Positions 43,391 to 55,995 of a DNA stretch of 64,000 nt are shown in pieces. The notes under the pieces are model-generated. The model was not told the DNA's origin. It was given only the letters and a program-made list of their open reading frames with translations, and searched no databases. Both the position numbers and the translations under genes were made by a program. The DNA is from Chrysomallon squamiferum. Its lineage: Eukaryota > Animalia > Mollusca. The DNA is taken from the NCBI GenBank assembly GCA_012295275.1, contig CM022673.1, positions 29,450,001 through 29,514,000 of the forward strand. The letters run 5' to 3'. Within the stretch, counting starts at the first letter, position 1. The number at the start of each line of letters is the position of its first letter.

Positions 43391-44707
43391 TATTGATCTG
43401 AGTAATCATTCACTTGGAAGATAGCCTATCAGGCAATTAATGTTCTAGACACAATTCTTTGACAAATAAACCTCTTTGCTTGCACTCTCAGTTCCACGGG
43501 ACATCTCTTTATTGACGTTTTCTTGGTGTTGCACATTATGGCTGATTGCAAATAATCCATTTGGAAGGTCCAAATGTTTGTAAATTGCCACATGTCAGTC
43601 AATAATTCCATCATACTTAGTTTTTCAATTCGGACTTTTATATACAGGTCTTAGTGTTATGAGTTATCCATCTCATTCCCCATCCCTGATTGAAACAGTA
43701 TTACAATACTGTTACAGAGATATCTGGTTTGTTAATGGTTTGAAAGATTTCCTGGCTTGTCAATAGTTTTAAATATTCCCATTTAGATTGGTTTGTGCAG
43801 AATTCTGGAGAAAATCTCAGCTTTATATGTAATCTGGTTCGTTAATGCTTTGAAAAATTTCCTTTTAGACTGGTTTGTATAGAATAATGGATAGAATCTT
43901 AGGGTTTCTCTGTCTCACTGTATACTCATGACTGAAACAGTAGTACTTTTGTAATAGAGATATCTGACTTGTTAATGGTTTGAAAAAATTTTCCTTTTAG
44001 ATTTAGTTATACAAAAGTATGGAATGAATCTCATGTTTTATATGTAATAATGGCTAGTTAATGTTTTCTTTTAGTTTGGTTTGTGTGAAATTATGGACAA
44101 AAGCTTTGTTCTGTCTAATTCATTCTTTTCTGATGACTGAAACTGTATTACCAAATTGGAATAAAAATATCTAGCATGGCATTGTTTTGAAAATATTTTA
44201 TTTTTGAACTGGTTGTAAAAAATGATCATTTTATCAATTTAAATTATTAGAATTTTTAAACAGCCTGTATAATCTTATCTCTATAAAACAAAGATTGTTT
44301 CATAAAATGTTTGTAGCAAGTTATATTTCAGTGACTTTCATTTTTATATTGTTGTTATTTCATGTTTTTTTTTTTTTAAATAAATAATTTTCTCTCTTTC
44401 GCTGACTCTGTGTCTTTTCCCCTTCTCTTGTTGTTTCTGTCTGTCTATCTTACTTTTGTCTCTCATTGTCTCTGTTTCTTTCTCTCCAACTCTCATTCTT
44501 TCTTTTTTTCTCCCTCTCTCTTTTTTATTTTATCTTTCATTTGTTTGTTTTTTCTTTATAAAATAACTTTTTATTCCCTGTTATTTCACAGTTTATTTTT
44601 CATAGAATTGATGCTGAGACTTGCATTCAGTGTAACAACCTGTTCTTAATGACGCTGTGACAGCAGTGTTCTTGTTGGGTCATCGATGTTTTATTTTATG
44701 TTTTCAG

Positions 44708-45113
44708 GATGACTGAATGGGACGAGGACAAGAATGGAAATTGCTCATTCACATTTGGTCATGGAGGAAGATTCCAGTAAAAATCTCCTAAATCGTTGGG
44801 TTATTACTTCACAGCAATCTGATTCCTTTGTTTGTCTTCTCTTCAAGTTCAGACTCATTTTCTCACAAACTTCCATCTTTGTATTACTTGCTTGAATTAA
44901 ATGGTATCAGAGGATACAAGGACAAATTGAACAAAGGATTATTTCACATTTTAATGAAGAAAAAAGAAGAATTGTTTTAAAAATATTTTTTTGTGTTAAA
45001 AGGAATTACGAAATCTTTCTGTGTTATTCTCTGTGTAGAGACTGTGAGGCAGTGTTTGATGGAGTGCTCTTGAGTCTGATGTTTCTTCTTACAATGGTCA
45101 CGAAGGCTGTCAA
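44708..45113 (+). promoter_or_regulatory. Probable 5' UTR portion of the GALNT-like first coding exon, rich in uORFs
   Basis: Strong acceptor ttttattttatgttttcag ending at 44707. Higher-complexity sequence up to ATG 45114 with nine upstream ATGs. An alternative acceptor is possible at 45038. Confidence 0.5.
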
Positions 45114-45366
45114 ATGAAAATCTCAGGTTGTTGTATTGCTATTGGAAAGTGGATTCGATATGGGAGAAAAATCATATCTCTTGGAATTCTTATGTCACTG
45201 TGGGTAACAATGTTATTGCTGTTTGATGTGCTTTCGGATAACTCCCTCTGGACTAACCAAATTGGCTATAAAAATCAAATTTCAGACAAATGGAGTAAAC
45301 TCAAACTTCATCATCTGAGCATTTTTCCCCGAAATCAGTCTGAAACCTTTGTGGAAAAATTGACAG
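45114..45366 (+). CDS. GALNT: GALNT-like protein: cytoplasmic tail, signal anchor and start of stem
   Basis: MKISGCCIAIGKWIRYGRK, then the hydrophobic IISLGILMSLWVTMLLLFDVL: basic tail plus one TM helix, the type II Golgi glycosyltransferase topology. This frame stops at 45401 unless it is spliced or shifted. Confidence 0.75.
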
Positions 45367-45590
45367 GTGAAGTGGATGGTGAAAAAAAATTATGGCATTG
45401 AGATCCAAGGACTTTATCGTGGTTCTGTGCGAAAAATAGAATCAATTGGTTTTGAGCAGAGCAACCTTGGTAACCAAAATCTTCAGGCAACAACAAATGG
45501 CAAAACAATTCCCAGTGTTATAAAAGAAAAGAATTTGAAAAAATTTCGGGAAGAGAAAGAAGTATCTTTTTTCTTCTTCCAAAAGAACAG
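45367..45590 (+). other. 224-nt segment: either a GT-AG intron or stem-coding sequence bracketed by two +1 frameshifts
   Basis: Starts CAG|GTGAAG and ends tcttttttcttcttccaaaagaacag. Removing it fuses the flanking frames in phase 1. It is also stop-free in a third frame and has A8 (45382-45389) and A6/T6 (45538-45543, 45567-45572) runs inside the frame overlaps. Confidence 0.5.
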
Positions 45591-45999
45591 TGGAAAACCA
45601 TGCAGAAATTATACACTCAAAGTGTAGCATGGTGCGGAATATAGATGAATTTTCAAGGTGTGTGAAGAAAATAGAGTTTCAGAGAAGAGAAAAAAGCTTA
45701 GATCAACAAGTTAACAGTCATAAACAGCATACCACCTTGTCTCATCAAACAAATGGAAGCTCATCTTCTGCCTCCAATAAAAACAATTTCGTACCTTCTC
45801 CTTCTCCTGACATGGTGCTAAATTCCTCTGACAATTGGGAGACTAATTCAGATGAAACAGTAAACTTTTATTCCAATTATATTGATAAAGAAACATTTCT
45901 CAAGCTGAAGCAGGATGGTTTTTGGGATTACTCATACAATGTGACTGCCAGTAATAAATTAGAGTTAACCAGAGACTTGCCGGATGTACGACCTCACAG
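45591..45999 (+). CDS. GALNT: Polypeptide N-acetylgalactosaminyltransferase-like (GT27), stem and pre-catalytic motif
   Basis: Ends GFWDYSYNVTASNKLELTRDLPDVRPHR, matching the GALNT motif GFxxyxFNxxASDxISLxRxLPDxRxxxC. Phase-2 donor CAG|GTGGGT at 45999/46000, just before the expected Cys. The paralogue cannot be assigned. Confidence 0.88.
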
Positions 46000-46069
46000 G
46001 TGGGTAGCGGCCATTTTTTTAATGTTTTTTTTTTGTTTTTAATGTAAGACCAGCTTGCTGCAGGCACAC

Positions 46070-46215
46070 TGAAGTGAATCATGAAGGGTCGTGAGATCAG
46101 TCTGCATGAATGAGCCAGATAGATAATATTCCATTCCAGCCAAAGGTCTGTCATATGCTCCGGTATACAATTTGATATCTGTAGGAAATTAGATATAAAA
46201 CAGTTTAATCTGTAG
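46070..46215 (+). mobile_element. SINE fragment just inside the GALNT intron
   Basis: tattccattccagcc...tatctgtaggaaattagatataaaa resembles the shared core. Confidence 0.35.
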
Positions 46216-47224
46216 GAGTGGTCCATGAAATCATAAAACCATTTTTTTCCTTTCCTGTGAAAGCTGATATCTTAAATAAAGACTTGATGTTTCATGGACA
46301 AATAATTTATTTAAAAAAAAAAAAAAATTATTTTAATTGCTGACATGGAATACAGTAATTCAGTAATTCGGTAATTCAGCCTTCTGTCACTAAAGTTAAT
46401 CCATATCATGGAATCAAGTAAACTTTTTCACTTAATTTCCCAGCAGATGTTCTAGTGTATGACGTAGTCTTGAAAGTACAGTCTATCTGTTTAACATGCC
46501 AGGTGAGCTGCACTGAGAGAATGTTACACACCAAGGTGACCAAAGATAATAAAAACAAGTCATATGCATAACATTAAAATATAAACAAATACAAATGGAG
46601 CAGTTGTGCTAATACATTATAGACATATATACACTACACATACACACACACATACATATATAACTACTTACATACCTACACACATAGATTCAACACATAT
46701 ATATATGTATACACACATACACATACGAATATATATACATATGCATACATTTACATACACATACATATATTTATATATACATTCATACATTCACAATATG
46801 GCACATTCCCTAAATTAAGTATAATTGATAATTGTATACATTTTTAAAAATCAAGTCTTCCTCACTTGAACAAATTCACACCTAATAATATTATATGAAG
46901 CACAACAAATATTTAACTCATTCTGTGAAAATTGAAATTTTTAATGTAAAAGAACATAATCTTTCTTGTTTAGAATTCAGCAATACAAACTGAATCCAGT
47001 TATCACCAAGTCATAATATTTTAATTCATTGAAACCCCAAAATTTTGGATAATTGTAATAAAAAAACAAAACATATTTATTTTGTTACTCATTCAACATT
47101 TGGCAATCTTTGCATAATATTTAATTCATTGAAACCAAATTTTCTGATATAATAAAAAAGACATAATTATCTTTTAACTCGTATAAATTTTGGCAATCTT
47201 TTGATCTACAAAATAATTCATTCG

Positions 47225-47478
47225 ACATCAAACCACAACCACACAAGTATTTTATTTTATGAAGATTGAAATTTCGATTTCTAACACGCTAAAATAACAA
47301 TCTTGTTATTTGTTCAGCATGGAAGAACAATCTTCTGATCTGCAAACTTAAATCAAATGAACATCAAACCACAACAGTACCTGTATTTTATTTTATGAAG
47401 ATTGAAATTTCAAATATGCTAGAATAACTCTCTTGTTATTTCTTCTGAGTGAAAGAGCAATCTTCTGATCTGCAAGCA
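47225..47478. repeat. Tandem duplication, period about 136 bp
   Basis: acatcaaaccacaac...ttttattttatgaagattgaaatttc...caatcttctgatctgcaa occurs twice. Confidence 0.85.
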
Positions 47479-48615
47479 GAATGCAGTGATGTGTCATAAC
47501 AGAAGTCATACATAACATGTAGTTTATCTCTCTCACAGTGTCCAGTGGGAATGCAGTGCACTGGAAGGTGCTGATACATAAAACTTGTTTGGCAGAACAA
47601 CATTCTGTCAGTCATTTGTCAGAATGTTTTCCTTAACAGCTAAACAACCTTTGATGTAGTTTCTTTTTTTTTTTCCTTTTAAAAATAAATAAAAAATATA
47701 TTGGTTTCTATTTGAAAAATGTGTTTTGACATTTCAGCTTTTAGTCATCAGTGTTACTTAAAGTAAAATGTGTCTGTTTTCACTTTCAACCACTAATCTG
47801 TTTGTAACATCATCAGTGGTTTCTGTGTGAAAACAGTGGGTCACTTACCAGTCAGTTTGGCAGTTTTTATCAGTTTAAGAAAATAATAAACTAAAGTGGC
47901 TGTTAGAACTGTATGGAGATCAGTTACAATCTAAATGAAAACACTAAACTAGTTCACTTACCATTCAGTTTACTAGTTATTATCAGTTGTAACAAAATAA
48001 CAAACTTAAGTGGCTGTTAGTTGCAGTCTAAATCAAAACACTGGGTAACTTACCAAAATTTGGTAACTTTATCAGTTACCATTTGAAGAAAATAACAAAA
48101 TAATGTGGTATGAATATTAAGTTATAATCTACTTCAAAACAATGGTTTATGAAAAAATAAAAAAATAAATAACAATTTTCTTTTTAAACAGAAGATAAAA
48201 TGAACCCATTAACTAAATGAAGTTTTACATGCATACACAAACACAAATCCAATGAGACACACGTGCACACATATGCAGACAGACACACAAATACACATAA
48301 CTAATAATATTTTTGCAGTAACTCAATCTTAATTACTCTGTTTGCATTACAGAAACAACAGACATAGAAACATTTCTGTTTTTCCTTCCTTTTTTTCTTC
48401 TTCTTCTTCATATTTATTTTTCTTCTTCTTTTCTCGTCATTTTTTTGTTTCCCTAAATGATACTGTAAAGTGCATATCCCAACACATTTTTTTTGTTAAA
48501 TACGCTACTGAAATAATATTTAAAGTATTTTTTATCTTTATTTTGACAGATACCTTTAATTATAACCCCAGACACACAAAAACAACACCAACAGAAAGAT
48601 ATATACTAGTACATT

Positions 48616-48616
<1 letters not shown>

Positions 48617-48650
<34 letters not shown>

Positions 48651-48687
48651 TATATATATATATAAATATAAATATATAATGTATATG

Positions 48688-48721
<34 letters not shown>

Positions 48722-48777
48722 TGCACACACATACACACACAACCACACATATACACACATGCACACACACACACGTC

Positions 48778-48809
<32 letters not shown>

Positions 48810-48822
48810 TACACACATATAT
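48617..48822. repeat. Compound (TA)n/(CA)n microsatellite
   Basis: Directly visible. Confidence 0.95.
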
Positions 48823-51800
48823 ATTATCATCACAACAATTAGTATATCTATAGAAACCTAAATTACAAGAGTTTTTCTGGAGTTTGTTTGTTTGAGAAAT
48901 GGTTTTAAACTTTCACTGGAGAATGCAGAAGGTTGGAAACCCTGGTGAGGTGTTGAAACCGAGTATCAAAGTAAATGAAACAGGAGCCAGTTTTCACCAT
49001 TGGAGCTGAAAAATCGGTTTCTTATTTGTCAGAAGTTGAAAGGATTTCTAGATAAAAAGTATGTGGGGTGTAAACTCTTCAAGAATCTGTTCTCACTTTG
49101 AGGTGTACCAGAGTCTAGATGGTGGTTCTTCTTCTTCTTCTTTTTCTTCTTCTTTAACACTCAAGGAAAATGTCTTCAGAGTGTGCTGGCTGGGAGATAA
49201 ACAATCTCCAAGTGATTATTGGATTGTTCCAGAGCCAGAGGCCATATTAGAGTTGTTCTCAGTGTTATTATGAGTTATGTTCTCAAAGTAGAATCTCCAT
49301 GTTTGAGTTTGACAAGATGGCTTAATTATTCCAGGCATTTTTTCTTTATCTCAGAAAACTTCATTTTGATGCCAGTGGCAGTGATTTTTTTTTTTGAGAT
49401 TTTTTTTTTTTTTAAACATTTCAAAGATAGCTGACATTTTTCACTAGCATTAATGAAATATGAAATTAGGATAGGAAAAAAAATAATTATATCTTGAGTG
49501 TTGTTAAGGGGAAAAAATATTGCAGAAATGCTTTAAAAGCTGTATTTTTCTTTTTTATGTTTTTTACTTTTTTATTTTTTTTTTTCTTTGAGATGACATA
49601 CATTATTCATTAATAACACAGAATTTTTTTTTATTTTTAAGGAAATATTATGTTCAATTTTTGCTAAAGTTCATCTTTAAAAAGTATTACTAGCCATACA
49701 AAAGTAGAAGTGAATATTTTTGTTTACAAACTGAATTAAAAACACAATAAAATAAAGTTATGTAACATAAGGATAGTGAACAAACACATCAAATGTATTC
49801 TTATTTTTCACTAAAAACATTTGCCTTAATACCTCTCTCTTTCATGTACATATATGCGATATGCATGTGTGTGTGTTTATATATAATGTATTAGCATGAC
49901 TGTTCCTTCACATATATGTATATGTAGAGAGAGAGACAGAGAGAGAGACTTGAAAAAGAGAAAGAGAAAAAGAAAAGAGATAAAGGGAAAGAAATAAAGA
50001 AAGTAGGGAGAGAAGAAAGAGAAAGAAACATCTGCTAGTTACAGTATTTCCCACCTAGATAATTGCCACTGTGCATTAAATTACAAAGGAACTCTTTTGC
50101 ACTTGTGTGAACTTAATACAAGGTGCTCCAATGTCTTTAAACATGCTGCCAGCTGCCACCCATCTTGCTCAAGCGAAGCATATTATGGAAGAAAAACAAA
50201 TCACTCTGAATTTATTCTTTTTTATTTTTATAAAGAAATATGCCTCTTAATAAACCAATTAACTTTTAAATGTTTTTGATTTTTGCCTGTAACGTTGATG
50301 TCAACACACTGACACACACAAGGGTCAGTGTTCAGTGGAGATTATTTAAGAAGGGGATGATCACAGAGAAAGATAAATTATGGCTTTTATCAGAGTTTTA
50401 TTACACATATCTCAGATGTTTTTAATTACTGGAAACTGATATTGAAGTTCTCTCACCACTTTCAGCATACTTACATCCCCATGTGTCAGTTTGATGTAAA
50501 CACTTAGCTCTCTCCTCTTGTCTACTTTAACAATATCAGTTACTACATCGAATAAAGTCACTGCATTTGTTAATAGAGTTTTTTTCACACATTTATTTGT
50601 TATAATTTTACACGTTAACCATTTTGAAACATACTTATATCCATACATACCTGTCAGTTTTATACATGCACACTTAACACTGTCTACTTTACAGATCTCA
50701 GTTACTATGTGAGATGAGCTTTTGTCACAAGACCTCTTTTTGCACACCTGTGTTTGTTGTAATGTTACAGCTACTGGCACACATTAACCATTTTGAAAAT
50801 ACTAATATCCACACTTCCCTTGTCATCTGCCAGTTTAATGTACACACTTACTGTCAACTCAAAATCTGAGCTACAATGTGAGATGAAGTGATTACATTTG
50901 TTACTAGTCTAGTTTATCTCTCAGTGCCCTGTTTTATATAATCATTAACTGGTTTGAAATGTGCCTGTGCCAATAGGCAAGTCTATTTTAAAAACTTTCT
51001 AGCTGTCTTCTTTAAAAATAATCTGAATACATTACATGAAATGATTACAGAGACCTTAAACCTTCCCAGTTTTCTCTGGTTAGTAGCGGTGCTGTTGATG
51101 ATAGGTGTCAAGTGGGAACAAAAACCATATTACATTTTTTTTTGAAGTGTTTTATGTCTATGAACAATTAATTAATTTTATGTTTGTCATTTTGTTTTAA
51201 TATACACGGAGTTCAGAAATTTAAGAATGAATAAAAAACAAGCTTAAATTAAAACATTTTAAAGAAGGTGGATAAAAAAAATTTGCATTGGCTTTTTAAA
51301 TAATTTATTAGTAGCTAGAACTTTGATATTAATTAGAACAGGTAGTTAAAATACTTTACTGATGAATTACATTTGTATATGTGTTAAAGAGAAAGAAAAA
51401 TAGAAGAAGAGAGAGAAAGAAAGTGAGAGAGGGAAAAGAGGATGATAAAAGTAAAAGGAGAGAAAATGAAAAACAGTAGATCAATAGATTTATAAACAGT
51501 CATACAGGTAGATGGATAGGTAGTCATGCTTGCTTTTTGACAGTGCAATTTCTAATTTTTTGTAAATTCAAAAGTGTTAAAATTATGTTCACCATGATTT
51601 ATTTTTAAAATTGATCTTGTTTGTGCCTTAAAAATAATAAATAGAATGGGAAAAAAAATTGAACCATCTGGAAACGAAAATTAATTATTTTTTCACAGAT
51701 AATATAAAATAATGGTATGGGTAATCTTCAGTTGAGGAAACTCTCCAAAACTCTTCTCCAAAATAATGGTGGTTATGCAAATATCAGAATTAACTTTGAT

Positions 51801-52079
51801 AATATCTTCATTTAATTCCCTTTGTTTGGCTAAAAGTTCTTTGTGTTTGTATTATTCTAATTAAATATGAAGATTTCACTAAAGTTTTAAATTAATTCTC
51901 GCAGCAACATGAATGAAGAGATGTGGACAGATTTCTATTGTTCACACTCACTGACACTTTTAATTAAATTTGCACTGAAACTGAAGAAAGAAAATAAATA
52001 ATGCTTATCATGATTGCCACATAATTTGAGGCTGCTGCAGAACGGATTCAATTGCTGGACAGAGGCTGGCTGACATATT

Positions 52080-52262
52080 ATTGAGATTAACCCAAAACCT
52101 GCCAGTTATAAACTTACATAAAATTGAGATTAACTCAAAATCTGCATTTAGAAATTGATGTAAAACTGAGATTAACTCAAAACCTGCCATTGTAAATTTA
52201 CATTAAACTGAGATTAACTCAAAATCTAGTTAGAAAACTGATATAAAATTGATATTAACTTT
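52080..52262. repeat. 42-bp tandem repeat, about 4.3 copies
   Basis: tgagattaactcaaaa.ctgc recurs at about 52082, 52125, 52167, 52209 and 52250. Confidence 0.85.
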
Positions 52263-54654
52263 AAAAATCTAGTTCACTTTGTCTTTATATACATCTCTTT
52301 CTTTTTCTCTCTCTTCTCTCTCTCTCTATTATTTGATAAAATGTAACAAAATAAATGTTTTAGATTAATTCAAAAACCTGCTGTTTTTATTATAATTTTT
52401 TTTTTTTATTCTCATTGTGATTCATCATTTAATGAAATTTTCAGTTACCTGAACTGAAGCAGAGCAGAAATCAATTAAACACTTTTGAAAGATATTGACC
52501 AACAAAGTGCAAACAGTTGTCATAATGGAATTGAATTATTAACTTAGTGCCAGTTAAAATCAAAATCATTCAGTCCATGATAAAATCTAAATGCATTTGA
52601 ACCTGTTTCTCTGGGTTAATAAGTATAATCCTTTGAATCAATGTATACACACTAAATTACAGAAACTAACATTGCATCCTAAAACTTGACAAGAAACTGA
52701 CACTTGACAGTAGCAATGAATCTAAACTTTTTTGAATTTAACTTTTTGTATCATAAACTTTGATGTATCCTAAATTTAGACATATCCTAAACCCTAATAT
52801 TTATTACATTTATGTATCCTAAGCATTAATACTTTTTAATATTCTAAACCCTAATACTAATTACATATTCTAAACTTGATATTCACTACATATCCTAAAT
52901 CCTAACATTCACTAAATGACGTTCAATACATATCCTCAACCATGGCAATCACTACATTCTGACCTTTGTTACATATCTAAAATCCTAACATTCACCCTCA
53001 TAGTCACAATACATCCTGAACTCTCCAAACAAAACTATTTGAATTTTAGTGATATAATTTTTATCAATAGTTTTCATGAGTCAAAATACACTTATCTTCA
53101 TGAATTTTCAAAAAAAAAAAAAAAAAATACATTTATGAAAGAAATCCTTAAAATTTTAAACTGCTGCATATATTGATTATTTATTTTGCAAAAAGTCTGC
53201 TGACTTTATAATAAAATATTTTCTGTGTCTAAATTTACATATTTTTTTTCTATTGAAATCTGTAGTGTGTTTTCTCTGTGTCCGAGCCATTTCCTGCGTG
53301 AATCCGTTTTGATTTTGTTTTGTATCGGAGACACTGCTATCATTGATCAGGTTATGCCTCTCAACAGCCACTATGGCTCATTGTTGTTGGTCTTTGCAGG
53401 CCATTTGCAAGTAAGATGCTGTCAGTTTCAATTCAGCTGACATTAGACTAAATCTCTTCATTTCCACACAAGTTTCATTGTGTCTAGAAGGAAAATAGAT
53501 TTTGGTACCAATGACATTTGCAACGCTTTGTATCAGGAACAAAAGATTTCTGAAAAGCACTACCAGACAGATTTGATAGATTTTTTTTCTACATTTTGAG
53601 TAAAATATAGTACAGCTAAAAAAAATTGAAAAAAAAAAGAGTCGTAAAAGAAAAAAATAGCAATAAAAAATCATTCATGTTCAAAAAAAAAAAGTTTTTA
53701 AAAATTCCAGACTTGCTATAATTCATTATTTGAAATGTCCTCAGATATCTGAGTTATCTTTTTATTTTTAAAATTTGTTTCAACTTTAATGTCTAATCTG
53801 TTGCAATGGTGGAATGTAATAAATAAGGCATATAAATTTATAAATGTTTTTGGGATGATCCAGGACAGAAAAATTGAAGTTGAAGAAAATTATAAGTATG
53901 GTGATTTTCAGAATGAATTCATGAAAGAAAATTTAATGTGATTAAATTCAAGCAGTTTAAAAAAGATTCATAAATAGTGTTCTTTTGTAGTTACCACTGT
54001 CATTCCATCTCTGTATCTAATTTACTAACTACCTATTTCTCTCTTTATTTCATTCTCTCTCTGTTTATCTTTCTCTCTCATACACACAAACATGCATACA
54101 ATCCATGAATTCTTGATTAGGATATTATGATTTTAATTCACATTAAAACACACAAAACATCAGTTTAATTTATAAATGAAAAAAAAAATGAAAAAAAGTA
54201 GTAATTAAAATTTAAAAAAGAAAAAAAAGAAATAACTATCAAAAATTAAACCACTTTGAATAGAATTTGTAAAAACCAAATCCTCTAAGTCTTGATTTAT
54301 TATGTACAGTGACTTGCCTTCCTTTAATTAAGGATTGTTCTTGTCAAAAGAAATATCCTACTGAATTTTCATGTGATCCATCACAGGACTTGACTTTAGT
54401 TCTCTTGCTTTCTCTGGTGTGCTTGGCATGTCTTACCACTGTGGTCCATGCTTTATCTCTTGCCATGAGTGAAGTGAAGGCATGCCCAGTATGGAAACTT
54501 CCATGAATTCTTAATCACCACACAAATTGGATTTTTTTTTTTCTCTCTCTCTCTCTCTGATTCTGTCACCTCTGGTTTATTGTGTGGTAGGGATTTAGGT
54601 GTCTTTTGTGAAGGATGGTAATTAAGGTTTTAATTAATCAGGATGATTACATTT

Positions 54655-54912
54655 TTAAGCTGTGAAATTAAACTTTTATAATAAGAATAGTATTTTGGAT
54701 GATGTGAACCTGGCCTCTGTTTTTTTGTGTAGAAAAACTTTTGTTGTTCATGAATTTAAAAAAAACATTTGTAAGCTGTGAAATTTGTAATAATAAGATT
54801 AGTGTTCTGGTTGGCATGTAACTGGTTTCAATTTTTTTTTATTTAGAAAATCTTTTTTGTTCATGAATTTCCAAAATTGAATTTGCAAGCTGTACACTTT
54901 TGAAATAAGAAC
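54655..54912. repeat. Decayed tandem duplication, period about 115 bp
   Basis: aagctgt.aa...aataaga...agaaaa.ctttt.ttgttcatgaattt recurs at about 54657, 54773 and 54887. Confidence 0.75.
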
Positions 54913-55856
54913 TTTATTCTTGTTAGACCATAATAATTTTGGTAACATGTTGCTGCTTTTTTATTTGCTTTTGTTCTTGTTTTTTGTTGTTGTTTTTGTT
55001 TTATTTGTTATTTTGTTTCAGTTTTATTTGAGTTTTTTTTTTTTTTTTTTTGTTCAAAATATGAGTTGTTTTATACCCTTGTATAATAATTCTACATGTA
55101 TGGATTTGTGAATACAAAGCAATTCTGTTTCCACAGTAGCTTCCACCACCCATAAATATTAATTTGTGCTGGCCTAACAGGCCATATAAACCAGTAGCTC
55201 CATATCTGTCTGACATCAGGAATGTTGAAATGGTATTTTGTTTTGATTACATATAAAAACTGTATCATAAAGAAATCCCTTTTAATTTTTTTCTCCAGAA
55301 TAATTCTATGGATGTGTATAATTCCTAGTATGACTGCTTCAGAATTCTGTTTAAGCATATCACTGGCTGCATCACAGATTACATGTATAGTGCTGTTTGT
55401 TTATTATACATGTACATGAAAAGAAATGAATAATGTATGATTTTGATTTCACCTGCTTCTGTAGATAATATGCTGAGTTATAACAGAAACTCTGGTTTCA
55501 CATTTTCATCAGTCCAGTGCAATGCCTGGCTCTTGTCTACATTTACTGTAGTTCAAATATTTGCCATTAGTTGACAGCTCCAGTTAATATCTTTGTATAA
55601 GTGAAGAGATTAATGATAGCTCAGCACATTTTAAATTAAATAATAATGATTATAAGGTGTCTGTGATTCATTTTATTGAATTTGATTTGTCAAAAAGCCT
55701 GCCATCATATTGGTTAGAAACCCTTTTATATGGGTTTTATTTTTATCAGTGTTTTCTCTGAAAATCTCTACCTCAGAAACTGGGATTTCTTTTATTATAG
55801 AATACCTGGCCTCAAAAACTTGTGAGCTCTATAAGACTAATCGTCAAAGACTTGAA

Positions 55857-55995
55857 AGCATACACCATCTTCTTTCATAAACCAAACACTGAGTTCTTGT
55901 TGGAAAGGAAAATATTCCATTAAATGCATTGAAGAGGATTGATCCTGTGTTCTGTTGCATGTCCAGTAAATGCTTCGACTTCTAAGTTATAGACT
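55857..55995 (-). mobile_element. Decayed SINE 5' half
   Basis: Reverse complement reads caggatcaatcctcttca...atattttcctttccaacaag...aaagaagatggtgtatgct, the same head-core order as the other copies. Confidence 0.45.

Noticed and set aside
52770-53010. Telomere-like ctaaaccctaa motifs
   Set aside because: Isolated motifs inside a degenerate longer-period repeat, not a telomeric array.
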